NCBI RefSeq assembly: GCF_054482595.1
Contig: NZ_CM137008.1
Direction: 5' to 3' (one strand)
DNA: 64,000 nucleotides
Shown here piece after piece: positions 50,237 through 62,040 of this stretch; the stretch's first letter is position 1; each line of letters opens with the position of its first letter. Both the position numbers and the translations under genes were made by a program. The notes under the pieces were generated by a model that worked only from the letters and a program-made list of their open reading frames with translations, was not told where the DNA came from and did not search any database.

Positions 50237-51000
50237 TTAACGCGTTCGCTGCGAAAGCACCTGCTGCTTATCCAGCTTTTGCACCAGTGGCTGCACCACT
50301 TTATCCCCATGCTGACCAAAGTATTGATACAGCGTATCGGACGCACTTTTGGTCAGCACCATAATCTCAATACGCCGATTGCCCGCGCTTTGCGGATTTT
50401 TGGCATCCAGCAGCATCTGGTCCGCCATTGCGCTTACCTGCATCACTTTATCTTCCGGCATTCCGGCCTCTTCCAGCACCCGACGAGCTGAAAGCGCGCG
50501 ATCGCCCGAAAGGTTCCAGTTGTTGTAGATATTGTTTTTGTAGGCCATCGCATCGGTATGCCCGGTAATAATAATTTTGTTATCGAGCGAGTCGAACACT
50601 GGCGCTAGCTCCACCAGCAGCGTTTTAAAGAACGGCATAATCTTCGCGCTGCCGCGTTCGAACATATTGCGATTCTGGTCGTCTTTAATCAGCACGCGTA
50701 ATCCCTGGGGAACAATCTCCATCTCCAGATTCGCTTCCATATGCGCATCACGGGCAATGGTGTTGATACTGGTTGCCAACTCGCCAAGCTCGGTGGCGGA
50801 TTTCTTCTTCAGCAGCGCCGTTTTCTCATTCACATCACGCGCTTTTTTCTCCGTCTCTTCCGGCACCGCCACGGTGGCAGGTTTTGGCGGATGAGACGGG
50901 CTGATTTTATTTAACGGCGACAGCCCACCACCGTTAAAAATCGACTGCCCGTGCAGCGCGGCGATAATGCTTTCACGCTCGGATTTACTGACGCTGTTGA
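50237..51000 (-). pseudogene. lafU: MotB-like Flag-2 motor protein remnant, 5'-truncated
   Basis: C-terminal OmpA-like peptidoglycan-binding domain (ITGHTDAMAY...NRRIEIMVL); the apparent N-terminal 40-50 aa of ORF 50237..51127 is antisense lfhA sequence. Confidence 0.7.
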
Positions 51001-52706
51001 CAATCAACTTTATCGTCGTCACCAAAGGGGCCGAGCGTATTTCCGAGGTTTCTGCCCGCTTTACCCTGGACGCGATGCCCGGCAAACAGATGGCGATTGA
51101 CGCCGACCTTAACGCCGGGTTGATCAACCAGGCGCAGGCGCAAACCCGGCGTAAAGATGTCGCCAGCGAGGCCGATTTCTACGGCGCGATGGACGGGGCA
51201 TCAAAGTTTGTGCGCGGGGACGCCATCGCCGGGATGATGATTCTGGCGATCAACCTGATCGGCGGTGTCTGTATCGGGATCTTCAAATACAACCTGAGCG
51301 CCGATGCTGCCTTCCAGCAATATGTGCTGATGACCATCGGCGACGGGCTGGTGGCGCAGATCCCTTCCCTGCTGCTCTCCACCGCGGCGGCGATTATCGT
51401 CACCCGCGTCAGCGACAACGGCGATATCGCCCATGACGTGCGCCACCAGCTGCTGGCAAGCCCGTCGGTGCTCTACACCGCCACCGGGATTATGTTTGTG
51501 CTGGCGGTGGTGCCGGGAATGCCGCATCTGCCGTTTTTGCTGTTCAGCGCCCTGCTTGGCTTTACCGGCTGGCGGATGAGCAAACGCCCGCAGGCAGCGG
51601 AGGCGGAGGAGAAAAGTCTCGAAACGCTGACCCGCACCATCACCGAAACCAGCGAGCAACAGGTCAGTTGGGAAACGATACCGCTGATCGAGCCTATCAG
51701 TTTAAGCCTCGGCTACAAACTGGTGGCGCTGGTGGACAAAGCCCAGGGCAACCCACTCACCCAGCGGATCCGCGGCGTGCGACAGGTGATATCCGACGGC
51801 AACGGCGTGCTGCTGCCGGAGATCCGCATTCGGGAAAATTTCCGCCTCAAGCCCAGCCAGTACGCCATTTTCATCAACGGTATTAAGGCTGATGAAGCGG
51901 ATATTCCGGCGGATAAACTGATGGCCCTGCCCTCCAGCGAAACCTACGGCGAGATTGACGGCGTGCTGGGGAACGACCCGGCGTACGGGATGCCGGTGAC
52001 CTGGATCCAGCCCGCGCAGAAAGCGAAGGCGCTGAATATGGGGTATCAGGTGATCGACAGCGCCAGCGTGATTGCCACCCATGTGAATAAGATTGTGCGC
52101 AGCTATATTCCTGATTTGTTTAACTATGATGATATTACGCAGTTGCATAATCGTTTGTCGTCGATGGCACCGCGCCTGGCAGAAGACTTAAGCGCGGCGC
52201 TGAATTACAGCCAGTTGCTGAAAGTGTACCGCACACTACTGACCGAAGGCGTTTCCCTGCGCGATATCGTCACCATCGCCACCGTGCTGGTCGCCAGTAG
52301 CGCGGTGACTAAAGATCATATTCTGCTGGCGGCCGATGTACGCCTGGCGCTGCGGCGCAGCATTACCCATCCGTTCGTTCGCAAGCAGGAGCTGACGGTG
52401 TATACGCTGAATAATGAGCTGGAAAATCTGCTCACCAATGTGGTGAATCAGGCGCAACAGGGCGGCAAAGTGATGCTCGACAGCGTGCCGGTTGACCCGA
52501 ATATGCTCAACCAGTTCCAGAGCACGATGCCGCAGGTAAAAGAGCAGATGAAAGCGGCGGGGAAAGACCCGGTGCTGCTGGTGCCGCCGCAGCTTCGCCC
52601 TTTGCTGGCGCGCTATGCGAGATTGTTTGCGCCGGGGCTGCATGTGCTGTCGTATAACGAAGTGCCGGATGAGCTGGAGTTGAAGATTATGGGGGCGTTG
52701 ATGTAG
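50967..52706 (+). pseudogene. lfhA: Flag-2 FlhA-family export-apparatus gene remnant lacking the first ~120 codons
   Basis: ORF begins inside the FlhA transmembrane region (VVTKGAERISEVSARFTLDAMPGKQMAIDADLNAGLI); no upstream coding sequence. Confidence 0.75.
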
Positions 52707-52900
52707 GTATCCGGCATCGGTGCACAACCGCCGGATGCGGCGTGAACGCCTTATCCGGCCTACCGATCCGGCACAGGTTTGTAGGCATGATAAGACGCGC
52801 CAGCGTCGCATCAGGCATCCGCGCACAATTGCCGGATGCGGCACAAGTTTGTAGGCATGATAAGACGCGCTAGCGTCGCATCAGGCATCCGCGCACAATT
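52707..52900. repeat. REP/BIME cluster (several REP palindromes)
   Basis: Repeated gccggatgcggcgtgaacgccttatccggcctac and gtaggcatgataagacgcgccagcgtcgcatcaggc units. Confidence 0.85.
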
Positions 52901-53396
52901 ATGAAATGATACGCTCCCCGGCACTAAAATCCGTTATGTTACCCGCCCAATCAATGGGATATAACCCTCGCGCCACATCGCGATGGAACGTTGAGAATGG
53001 CCAATCACACACCTGCTTTACCCAGCCATGTTTCACTGGATTTATATAAATATAATCAACATGATGCCGATAATCTTTTGTATTACGGATGGCATGCTCC
53101 CAAAAACGTGGTTGCCAGATATTTTTCAATCCACAAGCATGGGTGAATTGCTTTTTAATCTCTCTCCAGCGCGAGGAAAAATCATCATCGCCTTCAGGTA
53201 ATGTCCATATGCAATGCATATGCTCTGGCAAAACGACCCAAGCGTTGATTTCAAAAGGTCTGTCTCGCTTAACGTTAATAATAGCGTTACGGAGCATCTG
53301 GAACTGAGCGGTCAGAAGGTGGCTTCGACGATTTCGTAGGTTAACCGTGAAAAACCAGGTTCCCCCCTTGATGTAATACCGACGATATTCAGACAT
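52899..53396 (-). CDS. rayT: REP-associated tyrosine transposase (RAYT)
   Basis: 165-aa ORF with HuH-type motif (PEHMHCIWTLPEGD) and catalytic Tyr region; flanked by REP clusters on both sides. Confidence 0.8.
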   Translation of the reverse strand: MSEYRRYYIKGGTWFFTVNLRNRRSHLLTAQFQMLRNAIINVKRDRPFEINAWVVLPEHMHCIWTLPEGDDDFSSRWREIKKQFTHACGLKNIWQPRFWEHAIRNTKDYRHHVDYIYINPVKHGWVKQVCDWPFSTFHRDVARGLYPIDWAGNITDFSAGERIIS

Positions 53397-53479
53397 AGCG
53401 ACTCCTTTTTCTCAACGGTAAGAAGAAAAGGAAAGGTTGGCAATGAGGTTGTTTTATATCGGGAAAGCGGCTCGCAAAT

Positions 53480-53575
53480 ATTCGCGGGCTCGTAGGCATG
53501 ATAAGACGCGCCAGCGTCGCATCAGGCACCTGCGTACAACTGCCGGATGCGGCGTAAACGCCTTATCCGTCCTAC
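53480..53575. repeat. REP elements
   Basis: tcgtaggcatgataagacgcgccagcgtcgcatcaggc...gccggatgcggcgtaaacgccttatcc. Confidence 0.85.
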
Positions 53576-54321
53576 AAAATCGTCTCTTCCGTCAAAATCC
53601 GGCGCGCGCCTAAAAAATGATCCTGCCAGAAAGGTTCAGCTAACCGACTTACCCGAATGGTTTCCCCGGTGCGCGGTGACTCAATAAACTGACCGTCGCC
53701 CAGATATACCCCCATATGGTCGGCAATCTCGCGGCTGTGGATATGGAAAAACAGCAAATCTCCCCGGCGCAGGTCGTTATTCGCCACAATCGTTGCCCGA
53801 TGGTAGTGATACATCTCATTAGCCGTACGCTGGAGCTTCGCCTCGAGGATCTTGTTGTAGGCATAAAAAACCAACCCGCTACAGTCAAAGCCTTTATCAG
53901 GCCGCGTGCCGCCCCAGACGTAAGGCTTGCCAAGCTGCTGCTCCAGGCGGTGAATCGCCACTTCGGTAATGTTATGCAGATGGTCGCTGCTTAAAAAGTG
54001 GTTGTTTTCCGCCAGCGCCTGCCAGCGTCTGTCACTCGCCTTGAGCGGCGCAGGAAACCATTCTGGATGCTGTTTTATCTGTTCGCGGTTGTGCTGGCGC
54101 AGCGCCCTTCTGCTTTCGGCATTGCCTTCCACAATATAGCTGGCCTGCTTTTTCAGATGGGTTTGGTACTGTTTTAATAAACGCGCACGGTTTTGCATCC
54201 GCTGGCGGGCGGCGTAGCTGAAAGAGATATGTGATGTGGTGGCGCTGGCAAATGAAGAAAACGGCAAACAAATCAACAGTAATCCCGACAATACAAAGGA
54301 TGGAATCGACGGCAAGGACAT
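53572..54321 (-). CDS. yafL: NlpC/P60-family peptidoglycan endopeptidase lipoprotein YafL
   Basis: ORF 53572..54381; start at MSLPSIPSFVLSGLLLICLPFSSFA; catalytic Cys context GFDCSGLVFYAY and His (HMGVYLGDG). Confidence 0.85.
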   Translation of the reverse strand: MSLPSIPSFVLSGLLLICLPFSSFASATTSHISFSYAARQRMQNRARLLKQYQTHLKKQASYIVEGNAESRRALRQHNREQIKQHPEWFPAPLKASDRRWQALAENNHFLSSDHLHNITEVAIHRLEQQLGKPYVWGGTRPDKGFDCSGLVFYAYNKILEAKLQRTANEMYHYHRATIVANNDLRRGDLLFFHIHSREIADHMGVYLGDGQFIESPRTGETIRVSRLAEPFWQDHFLGARRILTEETIL

Positions 54322-54498
54322 ACTCAATAATGGCTGGTCATGCTTTAATGTTGCAGTGTATCCCGGATCGTTTCTGAACAAACTTAATAAACCATTATTA
54401 TAAAATTAACATATATATTTCAGTGAATTATGTAAATACATCAGTTTATTGAATTGCTCATAAATTGCCGCTGTTGCTCAATTGAGCTACAATTCAAG

Positions 54499-54514
54499 CT
54501 GAATATATATACAG
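54499..54514. promoter_or_regulatory. LexA box upstream of dinJ
   Basis: CTGAATATATATACAG 17 bp upstream of the dinJ start. Confidence 0.75.
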
Positions 54515-54530
54515 CACAGGAGATACCCCA

Positions 54531-54791
54531 ATGGCTGCAAATGCATTTGTTCGCGCCCGAATCGATGAAGATCTGAAGAATCAGGCGGCGGACGTACTGG
54601 CCGGGATGGGGCTGACCATCTCTGACCTGGTTCGCATAACCCTCACAAAGGTCGCGCGTGAAAAGGCATTGCCGTTTGATTTACGCGAGCCTAATCAATT
54701 AACCATTCAATCAATCAAAAACAGCGAAGCTGGCGTTGGTGTTCATAAGGCCAAAGACGCCGATGATTTATTTGATAAATTAGGAATTTAA
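54531..54791 (+). CDS. dinJ: Antitoxin DinJ
   Basis: 86-aa MAANAFVRARIDEDLKNQAADVLAGMGLTISDLVRITL... Confidence 0.9.
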   Translation: MAANAFVRARIDEDLKNQAADVLAGMGLTISDLVRITLTKVAREKALPFDLREPNQLTIQSIKNSEAGVGVHKAKDADDLFDKLGI

Positions 54792-54793
54792 AT

Positions 54794-55072
54794 ATGATTC
54801 AAAGGGATATTGAATACTCGGGACAATTTTCAAAGGATGTAAAACTTGCACAAAAGCGTCATAAGGATATGAATAAATTGAAATATCTTATGACGCTTCT
54901 TATCAATAATACTTTACCGCTTCCAGCTGTTTATAAAGACCACCCGCTGCAAGGTTCATGGAAAGGTTATCGCGATGCTCATGTCGAACCGGACTGGCTC
55001 CTGATTTACAAACTTACCGATAAACTTTTACGATTTGAGAGAACTGGAACTCACGCGGCGCTCTTTGGGTAA
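54794..55072 (+). CDS. yafQ: mRNA interferase toxin YafQ (RelE fold)
   Basis: 92-aa MIQRDIEYSGQFSKDVKLAQKRHKDMNKL...; 2 bp after dinJ. Confidence 0.9.
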   Translation: MIQRDIEYSGQFSKDVKLAQKRHKDMNKLKYLMTLLINNTLPLPAVYKDHPLQGSWKGYRDAHVEPDWLLIYKLTDKLLRFERTGTHAALFG

Positions 55073-55227
55073 AGCCCGCTGCCGATGAAATTTGTAAACC
55101 CTGCGCCGACAGGCTTGCGTAAAACTCTTTTGGTGATAATGTGAGCCTTCCAAATCCAGACTATTCCGATTTGGGATCCATTTTGCCGTCCTGGCGTGTG
55201 TAACCGTTTTATCAAGGAATAAGCAGT

Positions 55228-55968
55228 ATGCGTAAAATCGCATTAATTCTTGCGATGTTGTTGATCCCGTGCGTTTCGTTTGCCGGTTTGCTGGGCAGCA
55301 GTAGCTCGACCACGCCAGTGAGCAAAGAGTATAAGCAGCAGTTGATGGGATCCCCTGTCTACATCCAGATCTTCAAGGAAGAACGTACGCTCGATCTCTA
55401 CGTCAAAATGGGTGAGCAATATCAACTGCTCGACAGCTATAAAATCTGTAAATATTCCGGCGGCTTAGGGCCAAAACAGCGTCAGGGCGATTTCAAAAGC
55501 CCGGAAGGGTTTTATAGCGTCCAGCGTAATCAGTTAAAACCAGACAGCCGTTACTACAAAGCGATTAATATTGGTTTCCCCAATGCCTATGACCGTGCGC
55601 ATGGTTATGAAGGGAAATACCTGATGATCCACGGCGATTGTGTTTCCATCGGCTGCTACGCAATGACCAATCAGGGTATTGATGAGATCTTCCAGTTCGT
55701 TACTGGTGCGCTGGTGTTTGGTCAGCCGAGCGTGCAAGTGAGTATTTACCCGTTCCGCATGACCGACGCTAATATGAAGCGCCACAAATATTCCAACTTT
55801 AAGGACTTCTGGGAGCAACTGAAGCCAGGCTACGACTACTTTGAGCAAACCCGTAAGCCACCGACCGTTTCTGTGGTCAATGGCCGTTACGTGGTCAGCA
55901 AGCCGTTAAGCCACGAAGTTGTGCAACCACAACTGGCATCAAACTACACGCTCCCCGAGGCAAAATAA
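55228..55968 (+). CDS. yafK: L,D-transpeptidase-family periplasmic protein YafK
   Basis: 246-aa ORF with signal peptide; YkuD-like motif [14 protein letters not shown]. Confidence 0.85.
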   Translation: MRKIALILAMLLIPCVSFAGLLGSSSSTTPVSKEYKQQLMGSPVYIQIFKEERTLDLYVKMGEQYQLLDSYKICKYSGGLGPKQRQGDFKSPEGFYSVQRNQLKPDSRYYKAINIGFPNAYDRAHGYEGKYLMIHGDCVSIGCYAMTNQGIDEIFQFVTGALVFGQPSVQVSIYPFRMTDANMKRHKYSNFKDFWEQLKPGYDYFEQTRKPPTVSVVNGRYVVSKPLSHEVVQPQLASNYTLPEAK

Positions 55969-56706
55969 GCGCCATTCGCCTGGCATAATCTTTTGCCAGG
56001 TTTCATTGCCCGTCAGCGGCTGTGTCGCAATCACCGTGACCACATCATTCGGTGTGGTCTGCGAGCTGAAGTCGATTTCTACATCCTGATCCAGCAACGT
56101 TGCCACGCCAAACGGCGCGCGGCGGGTGATCCAGTGTAAATTAGTCGAGCAATACGCCATTACATAGCGACCGTCCGAAAGCAGCATGTTGAAAACGCCC
56201 TTCGCCCGCAGTTCATCCGCCAGTGAGGCGATATATTTAAACACTGCCGCCATGTTGCCCGGCGTGCGCGGGTAACGCTGCGTTAATTTATGCAGGAGCC
56301 AGCAAAAGGCTTTTTCGCTGTCGGTTTCACCGACCGGGCGGAAGTTGCCGGTTTCCAGTGATTTGTAGCCCGTCAGTTGCCCGTTATGGGCATAAGTCCA
56401 GTTACGCCCCCATAACTCGCGGGTAAACGGGTGAGTATTTTCCAGCGCCACCTCGCCCCGATTAGCCTGGCGAATATGAGCCACCACCGAACAGGATTTT
56501 ATCGGGTAGTCCTGGACCAGTTTGGCGATAGGTGAGTTAAAGCTGGGTTGCGGATCTTTAAATGTGCGACAGCCTTTACCTTCGTAAAAGGTAATGCCCC
56601 AGCCATCTTTATGTGGCCCGGTTCCACCACCACGCTGCACCAGACCGGTGAAACTAAAGCAGATATCGGTAGGGACGTTGGCGCTCATCCCGAGCAATTC
56701 GCACAT
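55939..56706 (-). CDS. yafJ: Class II glutamine amidotransferase YafJ
   Basis: ORF 55939..56721; N-terminal [11 protein letters not shown] (Cys2 nucleophile). Confidence 0.85.
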   Translation of the reverse strand: MCELLGMSANVPTDICFSFTGLVQRGGGTGPHKDGWGITFYEGKGCRTFKDPQPSFNSPIAKLVQDYPIKSCSVVAHIRQANRGEVALENTHPFTRELWGRNWTYAHNGQLTGYKSLETGNFRPVGETDSEKAFCWLLHKLTQRYPRTPGNMAAVFKYIASLADELRAKGVFNMLLSDGRYVMAYCSTNLHWITRRAPFGVATLLDQDVEIDFSSQTTPNDVVTVIATQPLTGNETWQKIMPGEWRLFCLGERVV

Positions 56707-56759
56707 GGGTAACCTCCACAACAGCGGGAGCGCATGGCCCCCGGCGAAGATTGATTTAA

Positions 56760-56905
56760 GAATTTTCAGGTCGGATGCGGCGTGAACGCATTATTCGGCC
56801 TACGGTTCGCGTACAGATTTGTAGGCATGATAAGACGCGTCAGCGTCGCATCAGGCATCGGTGCACAATTGCCGGATGCGGCGTAAACGTCTTATCCGGC
56901 CTACG
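56760..56905. repeat. REP/BIME cluster
   Basis: tcggatgcggcgtgaacgc...gtaggcatgataagacgcgtcagcgtcgcatcaggc...gccggatgcggcgtaaacgtcttatccggcctacgcc. Confidence 0.85.
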
Positions 56906-56911
56906 CCAGAC

Positions 56912-57490
56912 TTACTTAACCATCTCTTTTTCAATCAACTGGATCAGGATATGGATCACTTTAATGTGAATCTCCTGAATGCGGTCGGCATAACCAAAGT
57001 GCGGTACGCGAATTTCGATATCCGCCGTGCCAGCCATTTTGCCGCCGTCTTTACCGGTCAGGGTGATCACTTTCATTCCCTTCTCACGCGCCGCTGCGAT
57101 CGCTTTGATCACGTTTGCAGAGTTACCGGAGGTGGAGATCCCCAGCAGTACATCGCCTTCGCGACCTACCGCTTCAACGTAACGGGAGAAAATATCATTG
57201 AAACCGAAATCGTTACCGACGCAGGAAATATGACTAACGTCAGAAATAGCAATCGCCGGGTAGCCCGGACGGTTTTCACGGTAGCGACCGGTCAACTCTT
57301 CGGCAAAGTGCATAGCGTCGCAATGGGAACCGCCGTTGCCGCAGGAAAGCACTTTGCCACCGGCTTTAAAGCTGTCTGCTAACAGGACCGCCGCGCGCTG
57401 AATGGCGTGAATATTGGCGTCATCTTTTAAAAAGTTAGCCAGCGTTTCCGCCGCTTCGTTCAGTTCGTTACGAATAAGATCCTGGTACAT
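56912..57490 (-). CDS. gmhA: Sedoheptulose-7-phosphate (phosphoheptose) isomerase
   Basis: ORF 56912..57652; start at [17 protein letters not shown] (192 aa); SIS domain. Confidence 0.9.
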
Positions 57491-57691
57491 GAGGATATCC
57501 TTCAGCATAAATGTAATAGACAAAATGCAGTGTACCGGATACCGCCAAAAGCGAGAAGTACGGGCAGGTGCTATGACCAGGACTTTTTGACCTGAAGTGC
57601 GGATAAAAACAGCAACAATGTGAGCTTTGTTGTAATTATATTGTAAACACATTGCTAAATGTTTTTACATCCACTACAACCATATCATCAC

Positions 57692-57708
57692 AAGTGGTCA
57701 GACCTCCT
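57692..57708. promoter_or_regulatory. FadR operator upstream of fadE
   Basis: AAGTGGTCAGACCTCCT resembles the FadR consensus (TGGTCnGACC core), 22 bp upstream of the fadE start. Confidence 0.6.
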
Positions 57709-57729
57709 ACAAGTAAGGGGCTTTTCGTT

Positions 57730-60174
57730 ATGATGATTTTGAGTATTCTCGCTACGGTTGTCCTGCTCGGCGCGTTGTTCTATCACCGCGTGAGCTTATT
57801 TATCAGCAGTCTGATTTTGCTCGCCTGGACAGCCGCCCTCGGCGTTGCTGGTCTGTGGTCGGCGTGGGTACTGGTGCCTCTGGCCATTATCCTCGTGCCA
57901 TTTAACTTTGCGCCTATGCGTAAGTCGATGATTTCCGCGCCGGTATTTCGCGGTTTCCGTAAGGTGATGCCGCCGATGTCGCGCACTGAGAAAGAAGCGA
58001 TTGATGCGGGCACCACCTGGTGGGAGGGCGACTTGTTCCAGGGCAAGCCGGACTGGAAAAAGCTGCATAACTATCCGCAGCCGCGCCTGACGGCTGAAGA
58101 GCAAGCGTTTCTCGACGGCCCGGTAGAAGAAGCCTGCCGGATGGCGAATGATTTCCAGATCACCCATGAGCTGGCTGATTTGCCGCCGGAGTTGTGGGCG
58201 TACCTTAAAGAGCATCGCTTCTTCGCGATGATCATCAAAAAAGAGTACGGCGGGCTGGAGTTCTCGGCTTATGCCCAGTCTCGTGTGCTGCAAAAACTCT
58301 CCGGCGTGAGCGGGATCCTGGCGATTACCGTCGGCGTGCCGAACTCATTAGGCCCGGGCGAGCTGCTGCAACATTACGGCACTGACGAGCAGAAAGATCA
58401 CTATCTGCCGCGTCTGGCGCGTGGTCAGGAAATCCCTTGCTTTGCACTAACCAGCCCGGAAGCGGGTTCCGATGCGGGCGCGATTCCGGATACCGGGATT
58501 GTCTGCATGGGTGAATGGCAGGGCCAGCAGGTGCTGGGCATGCGACTGACCTGGAACAAACGCTACATTACGCTGGCACCGATTGCGACCGTGCTGGGTC
58601 TGGCATTTAAACTCTCCGACCCGGAAAAATTGCTGGGTGGCGCAGAAGATTTAGGTATTACCTGTGCGCTGATCCCGACCACCACGCCGGGCGTGGAAAT
58701 TGGTCGTCGCCACTTCCCGCTGAACGTACCGTTCCAGAACGGACCGACGCGCGGTAAAGATGTCTTCGTGCCGATCGATTACATCATCGGCGGGCCGAAA
58801 ATGGCCGGGCAAGGCTGGCGGATGCTGGTGGAGTGCCTCTCGGTAGGCCGCGGCATCACACTGCCTTCCAACTCAACCGGCGGCGTGAAATCGGTAGCGC
58901 TGGCAACCGGCGCGTATGCTCACATTCGCCGTCAGTTCAAAATCTCTATCGGTAAGATGGAAGGGATTGAAGAGCCGCTGGCGCGTATTGCCGGGAACGC
59001 TTATGTAATGGATGCTGCGGCATCGCTGATTACCTACGGCATTATGCTCGGCGAAAAACCTGCCGTGCTGTCGGCTATCGTTAAGTATCACTGTACCCAC
59101 CGCGGGCAGCAGTCGATTATTGATGCGATGGATATTACCGGCGGTAAAGGCATTATGCTCGGGCAAAGCAACTTCCTGGCGCGTGCTTACCAGGGCGCAC
59201 CGATTGCCATCACCGTTGAAGGGGCTAACATTCTGACCCGCAGCATGATGATCTTCGGACAAGGAGCGATTCGTTGCCATCCGTACGTGCTGGAAGAGAT
59301 GGAAGCGGCGAAGAACAATGACGTCAACGCGTTCGATAAACTGTTGTTCAAACATATCGGTCACGTCGGTAGCAACAAAGTTCGCAGCTTCTGGCTGGGC
59401 CTGACGCGCGGTTTAACCAGCAGCACGCCAACCGGCGATGCCACTAAACGCTACTATCAGCATCTTAACCGCCTGAGCGCCAACCTCGCCCTGCTTTCTG
59501 ATGTCTCGATGGCAGTGCTGGGCGGCAGCCTGAAACGTCGTGAGCGTATCTCGGCACGTCTGGGGGATATTTTAAGCCAGCTTTACCTCGCCTCTGCCGT
59601 TCTGAAGCGTTATGACGACGAAGGCCGTAATGAAGCCGATCTGCCGCTGGTGCACTGGGGCGTACAGGATGCGCTGTATCAGGCAGAACAGGCGATGGAC
59701 GATTTACTGCAAAACTTCCCGAACCGCGTGGTTGCCGGGCTGCTGAATGTGGTGATCTTCCCGACCGGACGTCATTATCTGGCACCGTCTGACAAGCTGG
59801 ATCATAAAGTGGCGAAGATTTTACAAGTGCCGAACGCCACTCGTTCACGTATTGGTCGCGGTCAGTACCTGACGCCAAGCGAGCATAACCCGGTTGGTTT
59901 ACTGGAAGAGGCGTTGGTGGATGTGATTGCCGCCGACCCGATTCATCAGCGGATCTGTAAAGAGCTGGGTAAAAATCTGCCATTTACCCGTCTGGATGAA
60001 CTGGCGCACAACGCGCTGGCGAAGGGGCTGATTGATAAAGATGAAGCCGCTATTCTGGTGAAAGCGGAAGAAAGCCGTCTGCGCAGTATTAACGTTGATG
60101 ATTTTGATCCGGAAGAGCTGGCGACGAAGCCGGTAAAGTTGCCGGAGAAAGTGCGGAAAGTTGAAGCCGCGTAA
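57730..60174 (+). CDS. fadE: Acyl-CoA dehydrogenase FadE
   Basis: ORF 57652..60174; start at [13 protein letters not shown] (814 aa). Confidence 0.9.
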   Translation: MMILSILATVVLLGALFYHRVSLFISSLILLAWTAALGVAGLWSAWVLVPLAIILVPFNFAPMRKSMISAPVFRGFRKVMPPMSRTEKEAIDAGTTWWEGDLFQGKPDWKKLHNYPQPRLTAEEQAFLDGPVEEACRMANDFQITHELADLPPELWAYLKEHRFFAMIIKKEYGGLEFSAYAQSRVLQKLSGVSGILAITVGVPNSLGPGELLQHYGTDEQKDHYLPRLARGQEIPCFALTSPEAGSDAGAIPDTGIVCMGEWQGQQVLGMRLTWNKRYITLAPIATVLGLAFKLSDPEKLLGGAEDLGITCALIPTTTPGVEIGRRHFPLNVPFQNGPTRGKDVFVPIDYIIGGPKMAGQGWRMLVECLSVGRGITLPSNSTGGVKSVALATGAYAHIRRQFKISIGKMEGIEEPLARIAGNAYVMDAAASLITYGIMLGEKPAVLSAIVKYHCTHRGQQSIIDAMDITGGKGIMLGQSNFLARAYQGAPIAITVEGANILTRSMMIFGQGAIRCHPYVLEEMEAAKNNDVNAFDKLLFKHIGHVGSNKVRSFWLGLTRGLTSSTPTGDATKRYYQHLNRLSANLALLSDVSMAVLGGSLKRRERISARLGDILSQLYLASAVLKRYDDEGRNEADLPLVHWGVQDALYQAEQAMDDLLQNFPNRVVAGLLNVVIFPTGRHYLAPSDKLDHKVAKILQVPNATRSRIGRGQYLTPSEHNPVGLLEEALVDVIAADPIHQRICKELGKNLPFTRLDELAHNALAKGLIDKDEAAILVKAEESRLRSINVDDFDPEELATKPVKLPEKVRKVEAA

Positions 60175-60182
60175 TTGAATAA

Positions 60183-60212
60183 CGGAGCCGAAAGGCTCCG
60201 TTTCTTTATCCG
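60183..60212. terminator. Rho-independent bidirectional terminator (fadE / ivy)
   Basis: cggagccgaaaggctccg followed by tttcttt. Confidence 0.7.
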
Positions 60213-60216
60213 CTAA

Positions 60217-60690
60217 TTATTTAAAATTAAAGCCATCCGGATGGTTTTCCAGGCTGCCGGTCAACGCCGCGAACAGCACCGTTTTACCATCAATCGAAAG
60301 CGCATCGTTCACATTCAACCAGGTGAGTTTCTCTTGCGACGTTTTCTCATCAATAGTCGAGAACAGCCCCGTCATCTGATTAGATTTCTCGGACCACATC
60401 ACAGCGATACGTTGCGAGCCACAGTCATGCGGTTTGCACGCGCTCATCACCTGATACGTCTCATCTCCCAACGTTACGGTTTGTGCGGGAGTATAAGTAC
60501 CGCCTTTCATCACCCATGCAGGTAGCTTATGCCCTTGCACCATCTGATTAAACGCAGCTTTGGTGGTTTCGCCCTTTGCCAGGCTGCTAATGGTTAAATC
60601 ATCCTGCGCCATTGCACTGGTGGCGATGACCAGAGCGGCGACTGTCGTTATTGCCTTAAACATCATTCCTCCCGAGCTTATCCTGCCCAT
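60217..60690 (-). CDS. ivy: Inhibitor of vertebrate (C-type) lysozyme Ivy
   Basis: 157-aa ORF with signal peptide and the CKPHDC inhibitory loop. Confidence 0.9.
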   Translation of the reverse strand: MGRISSGGMMFKAITTVAALVIATSAMAQDDLTISSLAKGETTKAAFNQMVQGHKLPAWVMKGGTYTPAQTVTLGDETYQVMSACKPHDCGSQRIAVMWSEKSNQMTGLFSTIDEKTSQEKLTWLNVNDALSIDGKTVLFAALTGSLENHPDGFNFK

Positions 60691-60843
60691 GTTATTAACC
60701 TCCTAAAGCCTGGCGATAACACGATAATTTGCAAATCAGATATTTCCAATATCAGCGTTGGTTATCAATTTATTCTGCGCTAAGGCAACTGCCTGATAAG
60801 GTGTTAAAGTTATAAAACCCTTCGCATAAAGGAGTTGTACACC

Positions 60844-61614
60844 GTGCCTGGTTTGAAGATTACGCTTTTGCAGCAACCACTGGTGTGGATGGATGGTCCT
60901 GCCAACCTGCGCCATTTTGATCGTCAACTGGAAGGTATTACCGGGCGCGATGTGATCGTTCTACCGGAGATGTTTACCAGCGGCTTTGCCATGGAAGCGG
61001 CAGCTTCGTCGCTAGCGCAAGATGACGTAGTGAACTGGATGACAGCTAAAGCGCAGCAGTGCAATGCGCTGATTGCAGGCAGTGTTGCATTACAAACGGA
61101 GTCTGGTTCGGTTAACCGCTTTTTGCTGGTTGAGCCGGGCGGCACGGTACATTTTTATGATAAGCGTCATCTGTTCCGCATGGCAGATGAGCATCTGCAT
61201 TATAAAGCGGGCAATGCGCGAGTGATTGTGGAATGGCGCGGCTGGCGTATTTTGCCGCTGGTGTGCTACGACTTACGTTTTCCTGTGTGGTCGCGCAATC
61301 TCAACGATTATGACCTCGCCCTGTACGTCGCCAACTGGCCTGCTCCGCGCTCTCTGCACTGGCAGGCATTGCTGACGGCCCGCGCGATTGAGAATCAGGC
61401 GTATGTGGCGGGATGCAATCGCGTCGGCAGCGATGGCAACGGCTGCCATTATCGCGGTGACAGCCGGGTGATTAATCCACAAGGCGAGATTATCGCTACT
61501 GCCGACGCGCATCAGGCAACGCGCATTGATGCCGAGCTGTCGATGGCGGTGTTAAGGGAATATCGCGATAAGTTTCCGGCATGGCGAGATGCGGATGAGT
61601 TTAGGTTGCGGTGA
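60844..61614 (+). CDS. yafV: Nitrilase-superfamily omega-amidase YafV
   Basis: ORF 60835..61614; carbon-nitrogen hydrolase motifs ([19 protein letters not shown]); start may be the GTG at 60844. Confidence 0.85.
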   Translation: MPGLKITLLQQPLVWMDGPANLRHFDRQLEGITGRDVIVLPEMFTSGFAMEAAASSLAQDDVVNWMTAKAQQCNALIAGSVALQTESGSVNRFLLVEPGGTVHFYDKRHLFRMADEHLHYKAGNARVIVEWRGWRILPLVCYDLRFPVWSRNLNDYDLALYVANWPAPRSLHWQALLTARAIENQAYVAGCNRVGSDGNGCHYRGDSRVINPQGEIIATADAHQATRIDAELSMAVLREYRDKFPAWRDADEFRLR

Positions 61615-62040
61615 GTGGGGGCTGTGTTTAGGGCCGGGGAGAGTCGGGGTAAGACTACGAAAGCCCGCTCTCCTGCGACCACTTTTATCATAGGAGTGTG
61701 GAAGCGCTTTTCCATCAATCGCGATGACGTCTTTGTCATTTGATGAATGGCAGTCACGCATCCAGTTAATAAAGCACTCGTGAAATTTTGCAGGACTGAT
61801 ACAGGATACAACTCTGGCAATGGTATCGTGAACAGGCATACCATTTTCAAAATCACCATATTGCTTCAAAAAATCGAGATGTGTTTCCCCAAAACCCTCT
61901 ATATCTTCCCAACCTTCTGCACCAGAAATAACGGCACAAATAGTCAACAGTAGAATATCCGATAATTTATGTTCCACGTTCCAGGCTTGTCTGTAATCAG
62001 GGATAATAGAAATATGTTCCATCAATTTTTTAAGTTCCAT
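61552..62040 (-). pseudogene. H-repeat-associated (ISAs1-family) transposase, N-terminal fragment
   Basis: First ~120 aa ([61 protein letters not shown]...) match H-rpt proteins, then the frame diverges and runs antisense into yafV. Confidence 0.75.

Noticed and set aside
51201-52844. Three long minus-strand ORFs (152, 148 and 202 aa) within the lfhA region
   Set aside because: They are antisense to the FlhA-family reading frame; their Arg/His/Gln-rich composition is typical of spurious frames opposite GC-rich coding sequence.
52707-56905. Clustered short repeats that could be mistaken for a CRISPR array
   Set aside because: Repeats are imperfect REP/BIME palindromes of uneven spacing, with no regular repeat-spacer periodicity and no cas genes.
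57796-59983. Minus-strand ORFs of 165, 163 and 172 aa inside fadE
   Set aside because: Antisense shadow frames of a well-supported 814-aa gene; no motifs.
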